Part shown: positions 52,802-62,900 of the stretch, piece after piece
Numbering within the stretch: the stretch's first letter is position 1
Layout of the letters: each line of letters opens with the position of its first letter
Assembly: GCA_021443545.1 (NCBI GenBank)
Contig: JABUTU010000005.1
Coordinates: forward strand, 51,205-115,204
Source of the DNA: Marinilabiliaceae bacterium
GTDB taxonomy: Bacteria; Bacteroidota; Bacteroidia; Bacteroidales; Marinilabiliaceae
Length of the DNA stretch: 64,000 nt
Reading direction: 5' to 3'
Notes under the pieces: model-generated
Seen by the model: the letters and a program-made list of their open reading frames with translations, nothing else
The model's database searches: none
What the model was told of the DNA's origin: nothing
Translations under genes and position numbers: made by a program

Positions 52802-53193
52802 CAGATTAAATTCTCAACAGCTGACATTCCTGTCTGCTGCGGATAATTAAGGTATTTCTCATAAAACTGAACCTGCTCGAAATAGTTCAATCGTATCTTT
52901 GTTGGTTGCATTAGATACGAACGAACAGGACGATCCGCCGAAGTATGCAAATCTACCATCTGAAGTCCCTTTATCTTCAAGTAGTAATCCAATAACTGTT
53001 TCCTATTGTATCTGCCTTTCGTCAGAACCTCCATATCACCTAATAGCTGTTCCTTTTGCTCCTCCCCTTTAGGAAACAATAACAAGACCAACTCCTCTTT
53101 AGCCCTCTTTTCTTGAGAATAACTCAAAAAAAAACGTAAGGCAACGAGGAATGGAGCCACTAATGATGTGACAAAAAATAAATAATACAACAT
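52801..53193 (-). CDS. Hypothetical small membrane-anchored protein
   Basis: 130-aa ORF with one N-terminal TM helix (LYYLFFVTSLVAPFLVALRFF). It is translationally coupled (1-nt overlap) to the glycosyltransferase gene. No family recognised. Confidence 0.5.
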   Translation of the reverse strand: MLYYLFFVTSLVAPFLVALRFFLSYSQEKRAKEELVLLLFPKGEEQKEQLLGDMEVLTKGRYNRKQLLDYYLKIKGLQMVDLHTSADRPVRSYLMQPTKIRLNYFEQVQFYEKYLNYPQQTGMSAVENLI

Positions 53194-53221
53194 ATCGCCA
53201 TTGTACGTAATGTAATTACGA

Positions 53222-53237
53222 AATGTTGCGCAACATT
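53222..53237. promoter_or_regulatory. Perfect 16-bp palindrome AATGTTGCGCAACATT in the divergent intergenic region; candidate operator
   Basis: I checked that the sequence equals its own reverse complement. It lies about 25 bp upstream of the candidate ileS -7 box and about 30 bp from the start of the divergent 130-aa gene. Confidence 0.4.
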
Positions 53238-53259
53238 GTGATTATTAATTTTCGTTTTA

Positions 53260-53267
53260 TACCTTTG
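53260..53267 (+). promoter_or_regulatory. Candidate Bacteroidetes -7 promoter box (TACCTTTG = TAnnTTTG) for ileS
   Basis: Exact consensus match 60 nt upstream of ATG 53327. Confidence 0.35.
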
Positions 53268-53326
53268 CACCCCAAAAGGAATAGATTAATTATAACTTCT
53301 CATAAGACACATCAGAAGCAGTCACA

Positions 53327-56300
53327 ATGAACAAAAGATTTGCTGAATATAAAGGATTAGACCTTGCCAACATCAATCGCGAAGTCCTCGAGAAATGGCA
53401 ACGCAATATGACCTTTGAAGAGAGTTTGAAGGTTCGAGAGGGTGCCCCAAAATACATCTTCTTTGATGGTCCACCATCTGCCAATGGACAGCCTGGCATT
53501 CACCATGTTATGGCTCGTACTATCAAGGACTGTTTTTGCCGATACAAAACTCTTAAGGGTTTTGATGTAAAGCGAAAAGCTGGGTGGGACACACACGGAC
53601 TTCCTGTCGAGCTGGGTGTTGAGAAGAGTCTCGGTATAACTAAAGAGGACATAGGAAAGAAAATTTCTGTAGACGAATATAATGCGACTTGTCGCAAGGA
53701 GGTGATGAAGTACATAGACCTGTGGAGCAAACTGACTGACGACATGGGCTATTGGATTGATATGAATGATCCCTACATTACATACGACAACAGATATATT
53801 GAGTCACTATGGTATCTATTGAAGATTCTTTATGACAAAGGACTCCTGTATAAAGGGTATACAATCCAACCCTACTCTCCCGCCGCTGGAACTGGTCTTT
53901 CAACGCACGAGCTAAACCAACCGGGTTGCTATCGTGATGTTAAGGACACGACTATGACGGCTCAGTTCAAGATGGTTCGCAACGAGAAATCAGATAAAAT
54001 ATTCGCTTTATGCGATGCCCCTCTGTACACTCTGGCCTGGACCACAACTCCATGGACTTTGCCTTCCAATACTGCTCTCTGCGTGGGTGAGAAAATCGAG
54101 TACCTGCTTGTAAGAACATTCAACCCATACACGGCCGAACCTATCTGCGTGATTCTCGCTAAAGACAGGCTCTCAGCATACTTCGCACCAGAAGGTGCCG
54201 ATATGGAAATGTCATACAATGCAGGAGACAAAAGATTGCCTTACCGCGTATTAGCGTCTTACATGGGCAAGGACCTTATAGGCATGAAATATGAGCAATT
54301 GATGCCGATGGTCAAACTTGAAGGAAAAGCCTTTGAGGTTATATCGGGAGATTACGTGACTACGTCCGATGGAACTGGTATAGTTCATATTGCCCCAGTT
54401 TTTGGTGCTGACGATGCAAAGGTGGCTAAAAATTATGGCATTGAAGCATTAATGGTAATGGATGCCGATGGCAAGATGGTTCCTATGGTCGACAAACAGG
54501 GCAGAATCATGCCTCGTAGCAACATGGACCAGTCGTTCGTCAAAAATTATATCTATGCCGACCAATATGCCGAATGGGAAGGTCGATTCGTTAAAAATGC
54601 ATACGATGAATCCCTAACAGATAAGGATTCAACAATAGATATTGACATATCGGTATCTTTGAAGTCGAAGAACAAGGCTTTCAAAATTGAAAAACATGTT
54701 CACTCGTATCCTCATTGCTGGCGTACGGACAAGCCTGTTTTATATTATCCTCTCGACTCTTGGTTTATCAAGACAACAGCTCTTCGCGAGCGTATGCAAG
54801 AATTGAACAACACAATCACTTGGAAACCTGCCTCTACAGGAAGTGGTCGTTTCGGCAACTGGCTCGAAAATCTGCAAGACTGGAATCTTTCCCGTTCTCG
54901 CTACTGGGGAACGCCGCTGCCTATCTGGCGTACAGCTGACAACAAAGAGGAGATTTGCATTGGCTCAATGAGCGAGCTAATGGAGGGCATCGAGGCCTCA
55001 ATCAAAGCAGGATTCATGAAAGAGAATCCATACGCTAAATTTAAGGTCGGAGAGATGAGCCCCGAGAACTATGCTCCTGAAAACATTGATTTACACCGGC
55101 CATATATAGATGGAGTAGTACTCGTCAGTCCAAGCGGGAAACCAATGTACCGCGAACCCGACCTCATCGACGTCTGGTTCGATTCGGGTGCTATGCCTTA
55201 TGCTCAATACCACTATCCATTTGAACATAAGAACGACCTGCCTTTCCCAGCCGATTTCATCGCTGAGGGAGTCGACCAAACTCGAGGCTGGTTCTTCACA
55301 TTGCACGCTATCGCAACTATGTGCTTCGATAGTGTCGCTTTTAAAAATGTTATTTCGAATGGCTTGGTCCTCGACAAGAACGGCAACAAGATGTCGAAGC
55401 GTCTCGGCAACGCTATCAATCCTTTCGATGTGATTGGTTCTCAGGGTGCCGACGCAGTGCGTTGGTATATGATAACCAACTCTCAACCATGGGACAATCT
55501 GAAATTTGACCTTGCCGGCGTTGACGAAGTGAAAAGAAAGTTCTTCGGCACATTATACAATACGTATTCCTTCTTCGCATTGTATGCTAACATCGACAAT
55601 TTCACGGGAGAAGAGAACATAGTTCCTATTAACGAACGTCCCGAAATAGACCGTTGGATAATCTCTCTTCTCAACTCTCTCGTTGCTGAAGTGTCTGATG
55701 CTATGGAAAATTACGAGCCAACTCGCGCTGGTCGCGCAATCCAGGATTTCGTTCTTGAGAGCTTATCAAATTGGTATGTACGACTTAACCGGAAACGTTT
55801 CTGGGGAGGTGAAATGAACCAGGATAAACTGTCGGCTTACCAAACACTCTTCGAATGTTTGAAAAAGGTTGCTATCATGACAGCTCCTATCGCACCTTTC
55901 TTTGCTGACAGACTCTATGTTGATCTCATGGGATTAGGTGACAGCGCAACTGAAACAGTTCACCTCGCAGATTTCCCATCAGCTTCTCCAGAATTGATAG
56001 ATAAAGCTCTGGAACAACGTATGCACTACGCTCAGAGTCTTTCAAGTATGATTCTCGCTCTGCGTCGTAAAGTTAGCCTCAAAGTTCGTCAGCCTCTGAA
56101 CAAAATCATGTTGCCTATATTGGATGATGATTTCAAACAGCAGATTGACTTAGTCAAAAACTTGATACTTACAGAGGTAAATGTCAAAGAGGTTGAATAC
56201 CTGACTGATACAGAAGGTGTGCTCGTAAAACGCATCAAGCCAAACTTCAAGACTTTAGGTCCGAAGCATAGCAAACAGATGAAGGAGATTGCTGCAGAAA

Positions 56301-56755
56301 TAGCAAAAATGACATCTCATGACATTGCTACTTTCGAGAAGAATGGTTCGTTCTCCCTGACTTTATCTGATGGCACGGTTGTCGCATTAAATTCTGAAGA
56401 CGCTGAGATTCAGAGTGAAGATATTCCAGGCTGGCTTGTTGCTAATGATGGGGCACTAACAGTGGCTCTTGACATCAATGTTACACCAGAACTTAAAGAA
56501 GAGGGTATTGCTCGAGAGCTAATAAATCGCATTCAGAACATCCGCAAAGACTCTGGATTTGACGTAACTGATAAGATTATAGTATATATATCTCACAATC
56601 CAGCTACTGATACAGCAATAGAGCACCATGCAGCCTACATCGGTTCGCAAACACTGGCAACAAGTGTTTCTCTATCCGACGCTGATGCTCTAAAAAATGG
56701 TGTGGAAGTTGAAATAGACGATGATATAAAACTGACAATTTCAGTAAATAGATAA
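53327..56755 (+). CDS. ileS: Isoleucine--tRNA ligase (long, type-2-like form)
   Basis: 1142-aa ORF with class I motifs PSANGQPGIHHV (HIGH-type) and KMSKRLGN (KMSKS), a CP1 editing insertion and a long C-terminal extension. Confidence 0.95.
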   Translation: MNKRFAEYKGLDLANINREVLEKWQRNMTFEESLKVREGAPKYIFFDGPPSANGQPGIHHVMARTIKDCFCRYKTLKGFDVKRKAGWDTHGLPVELGVEKSLGITKEDIGKKISVDEYNATCRKEVMKYIDLWSKLTDDMGYWIDMNDPYITYDNRYIESLWYLLKILYDKGLLYKGYTIQPYSPAAGTGLSTHELNQPGCYRDVKDTTMTAQFKMVRNEKSDKIFALCDAPLYTLAWTTTPWTLPSNTALCVGEKIEYLLVRTFNPYTAEPICVILAKDRLSAYFAPEGADMEMSYNAGDKRLPYRVLASYMGKDLIGMKYEQLMPMVKLEGKAFEVISGDYVTTSDGTGIVHIAPVFGADDAKVAKNYGIEALMVMDADGKMVPMVDKQGRIMPRSNMDQSFVKNYIYADQYAEWEGRFVKNAYDESLTDKDSTIDIDISVSLKSKNKAFKIEKHVHSYPHCWRTDKPVLYYPLDSWFIKTTALRERMQELNNTITWKPASTGSGRFGNWLENLQDWNLSRSRYWGTPLPIWRTADNKEEICIGSMSELMEGIEASIKAGFMKENPYAKFKVGEMSPENYAPENIDLHRPYIDGVVLVSPSGKPMYREPDLIDVWFDSGAMPYAQYHYPFEHKNDLPFPADFIAEGVDQTRGWFFTLHAIATMCFDSVAFKNVISNGLVLDKNGNKMSKRLGNAINPFDVIGSQGADAVRWYMITNSQPWDNLKFDLAGVDEVKRKFFGTLYNTYSFFALYANIDNFTGEENIVPINERPEIDRWIISLLNSLVAEVSDAMENYEPTRAGRAIQDFVLESLSNWYVRLNRKRFWGGEMNQDKLSAYQTLFECLKKVAIMTAPIAPFFADRLYVDLMGLGDSATETVHLADFPSASPELIDKALEQRMHYAQSLSSMILALRRKVSLKVRQPLNKIMLPILDDDFKQQIDLVKNLILTEVNVKEVEYLTDTEGVLVKRIKPNFKTLGPKHSKQMKEIAAEIAKMTSHDIATFEKNGSFSLTLSDGTVVALNSEDAEIQSEDIPGWLVANDGALTVALDINVTPELKEEGIARELINRIQNIRKDSGFDVTDKIIVYISHNPATDTAIEHHAAYIGSQTLATSVSLSDADALKNGVEVEIDDDIKLTISVNR

Positions 56756-56775
56756 TAACTTTAAACTTTAAGACA

Positions 56776-57156
56776 ATGAGCGAAAAGACAAGATATAGCG
56801 ATGAAGAGCTAGAAGAATTCAAGCAAATCATCATTGAAAAATTGGACAAGGCAAAACATGACTATGAGCTATTCAAAAATGCAATAACCCATGGGGATGG
56901 AAATGACACTCAAGATACATCCCCAACCTTCCACGTCTTGGAGGAGGGTGCAACTGTTCTCTCTAAGGAGGAGGCAGGAAGATTGGCTCAACGTCAACAA
57001 AAATTCATTCAGAACCTTCAAGCCGCTCTCGTCAGAATTGAGAACAAGACTTATGGTGTGTGCAGGGTAACTGGTAAATTAATCCCTAAAGAGCGTCTAC
57101 GCATTGTTCCTCACGCAACATTGAGCATTGAAGCTAAGGAAAAACAAGGAGAATAA
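56776..57156 (+). CDS. DksA/TraR family protein (single-Cys variant of the zinc finger)
   Basis: 126-aa ORF with an N-terminal coiled-coil region and C-terminal ..TYGVCRVTGKLIPKERLRIVPHATLSIEAK. The position between ileS and lspA is typical for Bacteroidetes. Confidence 0.8.
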   Translation: MSEKTRYSDEELEEFKQIIIEKLDKAKHDYELFKNAITHGDGNDTQDTSPTFHVLEEGATVLSKEEAGRLAQRQQKFIQNLQAALVRIENKTYGVCRVTGKLIPKERLRIVPHATLSIEAKEKQGE

Positions 57157-57168
57157 CTGAATCCTGCC

Positions 57169-57834
57169 ATGTCTAAATCAAACAATAACTCTTCGGTAAA
57201 AGGTAGAGCATACCTTTCTATTGCCACTATTATTGTCGTCCTTTTGATTGACCAAACCGTTAAGATTGCCATCAAGACTAACTTTATGTTGGGCGATGAA
57301 ATCAGAGTCTTCGGAGATTGGTTCAGACTACATTTCGTTGAGAACAATGGAATGGCTTTTGGCATGGAGCTTGCTGGCGACTGGGGCAAGTTGGCTCTTA
57401 CCTCATTCCGCATAATTGCAGTCGGCGGCATCGGTTATTATCTGATTAGACTATGCAAAAGGAAATCATACGTAAGCAAGATGTTGATTTTGTGCACTTC
57501 GCTGGTTTGGGCTGGCGCTGTCGGCAATATCATTGACTCAGTATTCTACGGCGTTATTTTTAATTCCAGTTTCGGACAGGTTGCCTCTATATTCCCTGAT
57601 GGAGGAGGATATAGCTCCTGGTTACACGGGAGGGTTGTTGATATGCTCTACTTGCCAATTATCGAGAGTCAATGGCCCTCTTGGATGCCTTTCATCGGAG
57701 GTAACGAACTAATTTTCTTCCGACCGGTTTTCAACGTCGCAGATGCCGCTATCTCTGTTGGCATCGTTCTCCTGCTTATTTTTTGCCGAAAGGATATGAG
57801 CGAAGAGTTCGGCGAAGACAAAGCTACTAAGTAA
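57169..57834 (+). CDS. lspA: Lipoprotein signal peptidase (signal peptidase II)
   Basis: 221-aa membrane protein with conserved boxes FVENNGMAFGM and FNVADAAISVG. Confidence 0.9.
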   Translation: MSKSNNNSSVKGRAYLSIATIIVVLLIDQTVKIAIKTNFMLGDEIRVFGDWFRLHFVENNGMAFGMELAGDWGKLALTSFRIIAVGGIGYYLIRLCKRKSYVSKMLILCTSLVWAGAVGNIIDSVFYGVIFNSSFGQVASIFPDGGGYSSWLHGRVVDMLYLPIIESQWPSWMPFIGGNELIFFRPVFNVADAAISVGIVLLLIFCRKDMSEEFGEDKATK

Positions 57835-57841
57835 TCGTTTA

Positions 57842-58639
57842 TTACTTAGCTACATACACATAGTCCACATACGCTCTCGCTTCTTCCCCAATAGCTTCAA
57901 GTTCCTCTCGGGTTGCAGTAGCCATAGCTTTGTATGGTGTCTCTCTTGATATTGTATATATATGCAACTCTGCCGGGGAGACTTGTCTTAGCATATCAAT
58001 CCATAAATCAATAGCCTTAATTCCCATATTGTCTACCCAGACGCCACTCTCATTCTGCCAACGGCAAAACATGGTCTGAATCACTAAATTATTCAGCTCC
58101 CCTTCAACCAAAGCTTTTACAACATTTGCTACATCATAATTACTTCCGGTTGGTCGATCAAGTTCCCGAACAACTTTCATATCCATAGAATCAATTTTCA
58201 CGCACGGCTTATCCACCCTCCTCAAAGCCTCCAAAACTCCTTTGTCAGTCACTCGAGTGCCATTTGTCAATACCGCAATGTGCGCTTTAGGATAGTACTC
58301 GTCCCTCAACCTTATCGTGTCATCTATTACTCCTGAGAAATCCGGATGTAGTGTAGGTTCGCCATTTCCCGCAAATGTAATAACATCAAGAAACTTTCCT
58401 TCACTTCTCATCTTCTGCAATGTCTCCTCCAATCTTTTACTCACGGTTTCTCTTTTCGGTATCGTATGTTCTTCCGTCTGAGGAAATATAGCATTTCGAT
58501 TAAACCCACACTCACAATATATGCAATCAAATGAACATATCTTATGAGCAGCTGGATTAAGATTTACTCCCAGTGAGACACCCAATCGCCGGCTTTCAAC
58601 TGGACCAAATATGGGACTACCATATAATACAGTAGACAT
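57842..58639 (-). CDS. Radical SAM protein (function unassigned)
   Basis: 265-aa ORF with the CxxxCxxC cluster motif CSFDCIYCECG after GPVESRRLGVSLGVNL. Confidence 0.8.
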   Translation of the reverse strand: MSTVLYGSPIFGPVESRRLGVSLGVNLNPAAHKICSFDCIYCECGFNRNAIFPQTEEHTIPKRETVSKRLEETLQKMRSEGKFLDVITFAGNGEPTLHPDFSGVIDDTIRLRDEYYPKAHIAVLTNGTRVTDKGVLEALRRVDKPCVKIDSMDMKVVRELDRPTGSNYDVANVVKALVEGELNNLVIQTMFCRWQNESGVWVDNMGIKAIDLWIDMLRQVSPAELHIYTISRETPYKAMATATREELEAIGEEARAYVDYVYVAK

Positions 58640-58657
58640 TACTTACCTCTTGAATAA

Positions 58658-59905
58658 TTAAAAAATATCTGTCATAATTCTCTCAGTCGCACCGCACATA
58701 CTCTTGACATATTCACCAGCAGCTACCCCTGATGAAGATAGTTTTTGCGAATCCTGCTCGAAAGAGTCGAGCAAAGATCTAAGCTGCATTCCCGTTGTGA
58801 CTGAATATCCTCCTCCGCACTCTATCAAATCGCAAGCCTCCTTAAAACGCTTGTAATTCGGGCCAAATATTACTGGAATTGAGTATGTAGCAGCCTCTAA
58901 TGTATTGTGTATCCCCACTCCGAAACCTCCTCCTATATATGCAATATGACCATACTTGTAGATGGTAGAAAGAAGTCCTATCGTATTAACTACAAGTACC
59001 TTTGAGGACGCAATCGCTTCATCAGGCTCGGTATATAATGTATACTTTACCTTCAGTTTAGCTGTCAGACTTTTTATACGCTCTTCATGAATCTCATGAG
59101 GGGCTACAATAAGTTTCACATCTTTTGAATTGTCGCAAATGTATGGAAAGAGAATATCATCATCAGGTGGCCATGCACTACCCATAACTATCACCTTTTT
59201 TGCATCCTTGACGAAATCTTCCACAATCGGAACAGATGGTGATGATTCTGAAATTTTCAGGACTCTATCGAATCGAGTGTCACCAGCCACAGTGTATTTT
59301 GATTCCAGAATACCTATTGTTTCTAATAAATCAGCCGAAACACTATCTTGCACATATATATGTTCAAACTTCCGCAACATACTTCTAAACCACTCTCCCC
59401 ATGATAGGAAGAATGGTTGCTCTTTTCTGAATATCATCGATATTCCATAAAGAGGAATATTTCTTCGGTTAAGTTGATTTATAAAGTGGTACCAAAACTC
59501 ATATTTTACAAAAAAGACAACACCAGGGTTGATTGACTCAATAAATCGCTTTGCATTCGCTCTGCTATCTGCTGGCAAATAGCAAACCATATCTACCTCT
59601 TTATAGTTCTTGCGAACTTCATAACCTGAGGGTGAATAGAACGTTAGTACAATCTTTTCGTCTATGTGTTTTGCTCGTATTGCCTCTATCAAAGGTCTGC
59701 CTTGCTCGAACTCGCCTAAAGACGCAGCATGTATCCATATACAGGGTTGAGAGTTATCGTATCCCTTAAGTTTTTTCCACGTCTCTTCTCGTCCATCTAC
59801 TAAAAGTTTCGCCTTCTTATGTCCTAAAATAGCTATAAGCTTTAGCCCTAAGAGATAAATCGGCATACCAACGGCATATAACACACTTACCAATGTTTTC
59901 ATCAT
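58658..59905 (-). CDS. waaA: 3-deoxy-D-manno-octulosonic acid (Kdo) transferase
   Basis: 415-aa ORF with an N-terminal membrane anchor and the hallmark WIHAASLGEFEQGRPLIEAI. Confidence 0.9.
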   Translation of the reverse strand: MMKTLVSVLYAVGMPIYLLGLKLIAILGHKKAKLLVDGREETWKKLKGYDNSQPCIWIHAASLGEFEQGRPLIEAIRAKHIDEKIVLTFYSPSGYEVRKNYKEVDMVCYLPADSRANAKRFIESINPGVVFFVKYEFWYHFINQLNRRNIPLYGISMIFRKEQPFFLSWGEWFRSMLRKFEHIYVQDSVSADLLETIGILESKYTVAGDTRFDRVLKISESSPSVPIVEDFVKDAKKVIVMGSAWPPDDDILFPYICDNSKDVKLIVAPHEIHEERIKSLTAKLKVKYTLYTEPDEAIASSKVLVVNTIGLLSTIYKYGHIAYIGGGFGVGIHNTLEAATYSIPVIFGPNYKRFKEACDLIECGGGYSVTTGMQLRSLLDSFEQDSQKLSSSGVAAGEYVKSMCGATERIMTDIF

Positions 59906-59944
59906 TCTTTGTTTTGTTATATATAAAGAGTTAACATTCGCATA

Positions 59945-62900
59945 TTATAGTATTGAATTCTCCTCTACCCAAGGTTCAAATCCTATAACGCATATATCAT
60001 CTGTTTGTTCATTAACACCCTTCCATTCCTCTAATCTACGATTCAATATTATCTTCTGATCTCTTGCTGGCATCTTATGAATATTAAGCAACAAGTGCTT
60101 GAAACGTCTATATTTAAACTTCTTCTGCTCTGGTCCTCCGAATTGGTCTAAGAAACCATCTGAGAAGACATAGAATATATCACCCCTTTCATAGTTCACA
60201 ACGTGGGTCCTATATTTGGGAGTCCTTTCGATAGCCGGATCTAACGAAACATTTGTTCCAATGGAGAAATGATCGCCTCTAAATGTGATGATTTCGTTTT
60301 GGCGAATCATATACATATCGTTCATTGCTCCAGCAAATTCTATCTTATGCTCCTTATGATGAACAACACTGATTGTCAGATCAATACCATCATTAAAGTT
60401 TTGCTTCGACGAATCATTTCTATAAATCATACCGAACGTCTCCTTATGCAACTCTGTCAAAATCTCTCCTGGGTCATCAATTTTCTGCCTCATTATTATA
60501 TTGTTCAGATGGTCCATGCCTAAAATTGAAATAAAGGCTCCAGGCACGCCATGTCCTGTACAGTCGGCTGCAATAACAAACGACTTGTCATCTCGTTGAA
60601 AAAAGCGATAGAAGTCACCTGATACTATATCTTTTGGTTTATAAAGGACAAACAATTTGTTAAACGCTTTGTCTATAGTATCCGACCTATGCATAATTGC
60701 CTCTTGTATATGTTTGGCATAACTTATACTATCCGTCTGGTCTTTGTGGATCTTAGCCAATCTATTGCGCTGATCTTCTATTGCCCTCTTTCCCCTCATC
60801 TCCTCAGCCATCAAACGAACCTTTCGATTTACATTTTTAAGCCGCATATCCAACAACAACCACAATACGGCAAGTATCATTATTCCGTAGAATATTAATG
60901 CAGGAATTGACAACCACATCGGAGGAATAATCCTTATATAAAACACAACACTCTCGCCCGACCATATCTTATCGCAATTGGAAGACATAACCTCCAGTCG
61001 ATACTCTCCTGGTGTGAGACCTGACAGATAAATCTCATTACTCGTCCCAACATAAACCCAATCATCTTTTTCCAGTCGATACTTATATTCATTTCTGGAT
61101 GGAATAGAAAGATCTGAAGACGACATCACAATGCTAAGAGATGCTCTCATTAGATAGTGCGTCTCATATACAGAACCTCCTTTCTGCGACAATGAGAAAC
61201 TGTTGCCTGCCTGACCATACGACATTCTGCTAATGTACGTTCGAGGAAGCTTATGATTTAATGCTACATTATTAACATCTATGACATTGGGAGTAGCTGC
61301 TCTGCCGAATATAAGGTTATCCCCTACCAATGCAAACTTATGACATTCATTGCCTATATTTTTCAAGCCATCATAATGATTGAACTTATATGCTTTGGCA
61401 TTCTTCATATCGACATAACCTATTCCACTATTGGAACTAATCCACAAAATGTCATTTGAGGTTCTCAGCAAACTATATATTATACAATTATCAAAGTAGT
61501 TGCTAAACTCAGCCGCCGTTACATGTTTCGACTCTTTATCATACGACAATATCCCAGATGCAGTTCCTATCAAAACTCGATTTCCGTAATCACAGAAGCA
61601 ATAAGTGTGATTGTTCGGAGATTTATTTATCTCATATGCGTCTGTTGGGATAAAAAAGGTGTCCGTTGGAGCTTTAAAGTAGGAACCAGACTTCAGGCCA
61701 CACCAAATTCTCCCTTCATAATCCTCATATACACAATCAACATTCTCCCCTTTCATGCCAACTCCTCTCTGTCGCTCTACCTTGTACCCATTATATTTAT
61801 ATAAGCCTCTCTGAGTTGCTAACCATATATTCCCCAAACAATCTTCAGTTATATCATTGACTATTATACGATTTATTGAATCGTTTTTTGCCGGGGCAAA
61901 TGGTACCTCCTTTACAAAATTCATTTTGCCATCAAATATGTATGCACCTTTTGTAGTTCCAACACAGATAGTACCATCCTTACGCTCATATACTGATAAC
62001 ACATTCTGCTCTGGCAGCTCATATAATCTCGTCATACTATTTTTAAGATCCATTTTCAGCACTCCATTGAAGCCACAAGAAGCATACAATGTTGTGTTAC
62101 TATTGCCATGTATATTATATGTATTATAGTTATCAGGCAACTCATTCTTTAACGAGTAAGTTCCAATCTTTGAAGGTTTAGTGTCGAATTTGAAAAGACC
62201 CGAATTCGAAGTTGCAACCCATAGCACGCCATTCTCATCCTCCAACATGTCATTTACATACATATGTTTACCAAGAACATCAGTTGGCTTATTCAGTCTT
62301 CTATAACTTTTATCAATAGGATTCCAATTTAATATCTCTGAATTATCATACATCAACCAATATCCCTCATCATTGTCTTTGATTATACAATGAACATTCC
62401 TCACTCCAGGAATAGGCTGGAGCCTTATCCTTTTAGCCCATACATCATATAAGTATAATCCCTTCGATGTTGCTATATAGCATCTATGATTGTCTATCGC
62501 GCAAATATCATTGATATACTCTGAAGCTCTTCTGCTAAATCGCACCTCCTTTATAGAACCATATCTGTTATTAAGAATGCCAAAACTTGACTTGCCAAGC
62601 ATAATACATACCAAGCTGTCATTCCCTTTAAACGGCTCTATTTCAACCTTGTCTGTCACTACTCCAGAATACTTCCTATGATTTGACAGCGGTATTCTCT
62701 GCGCTACCCCTGTCCTCTCATTCCTATGAACTATAAAATCCTCGAATGCAATATATATATTGTCATTCTCACACGCACTAAGTCCATATGAAGTCTGATA
62801 CTCTAAATCGTTTGGATATGGATTGCCTTCAACATACGATTCTATTGCAGATTGCGTTCCTGTCTTAAATTCTCCCGTTCTCTCATCATATATGCTAATA

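Noticed and set aside
55091-55486. 131-aa minus-strand ORF and several 60-90-aa ORFs inside 53.3..56.8 kb.
   Set aside because: All are embedded in ileS on the opposite strand or in other frames.
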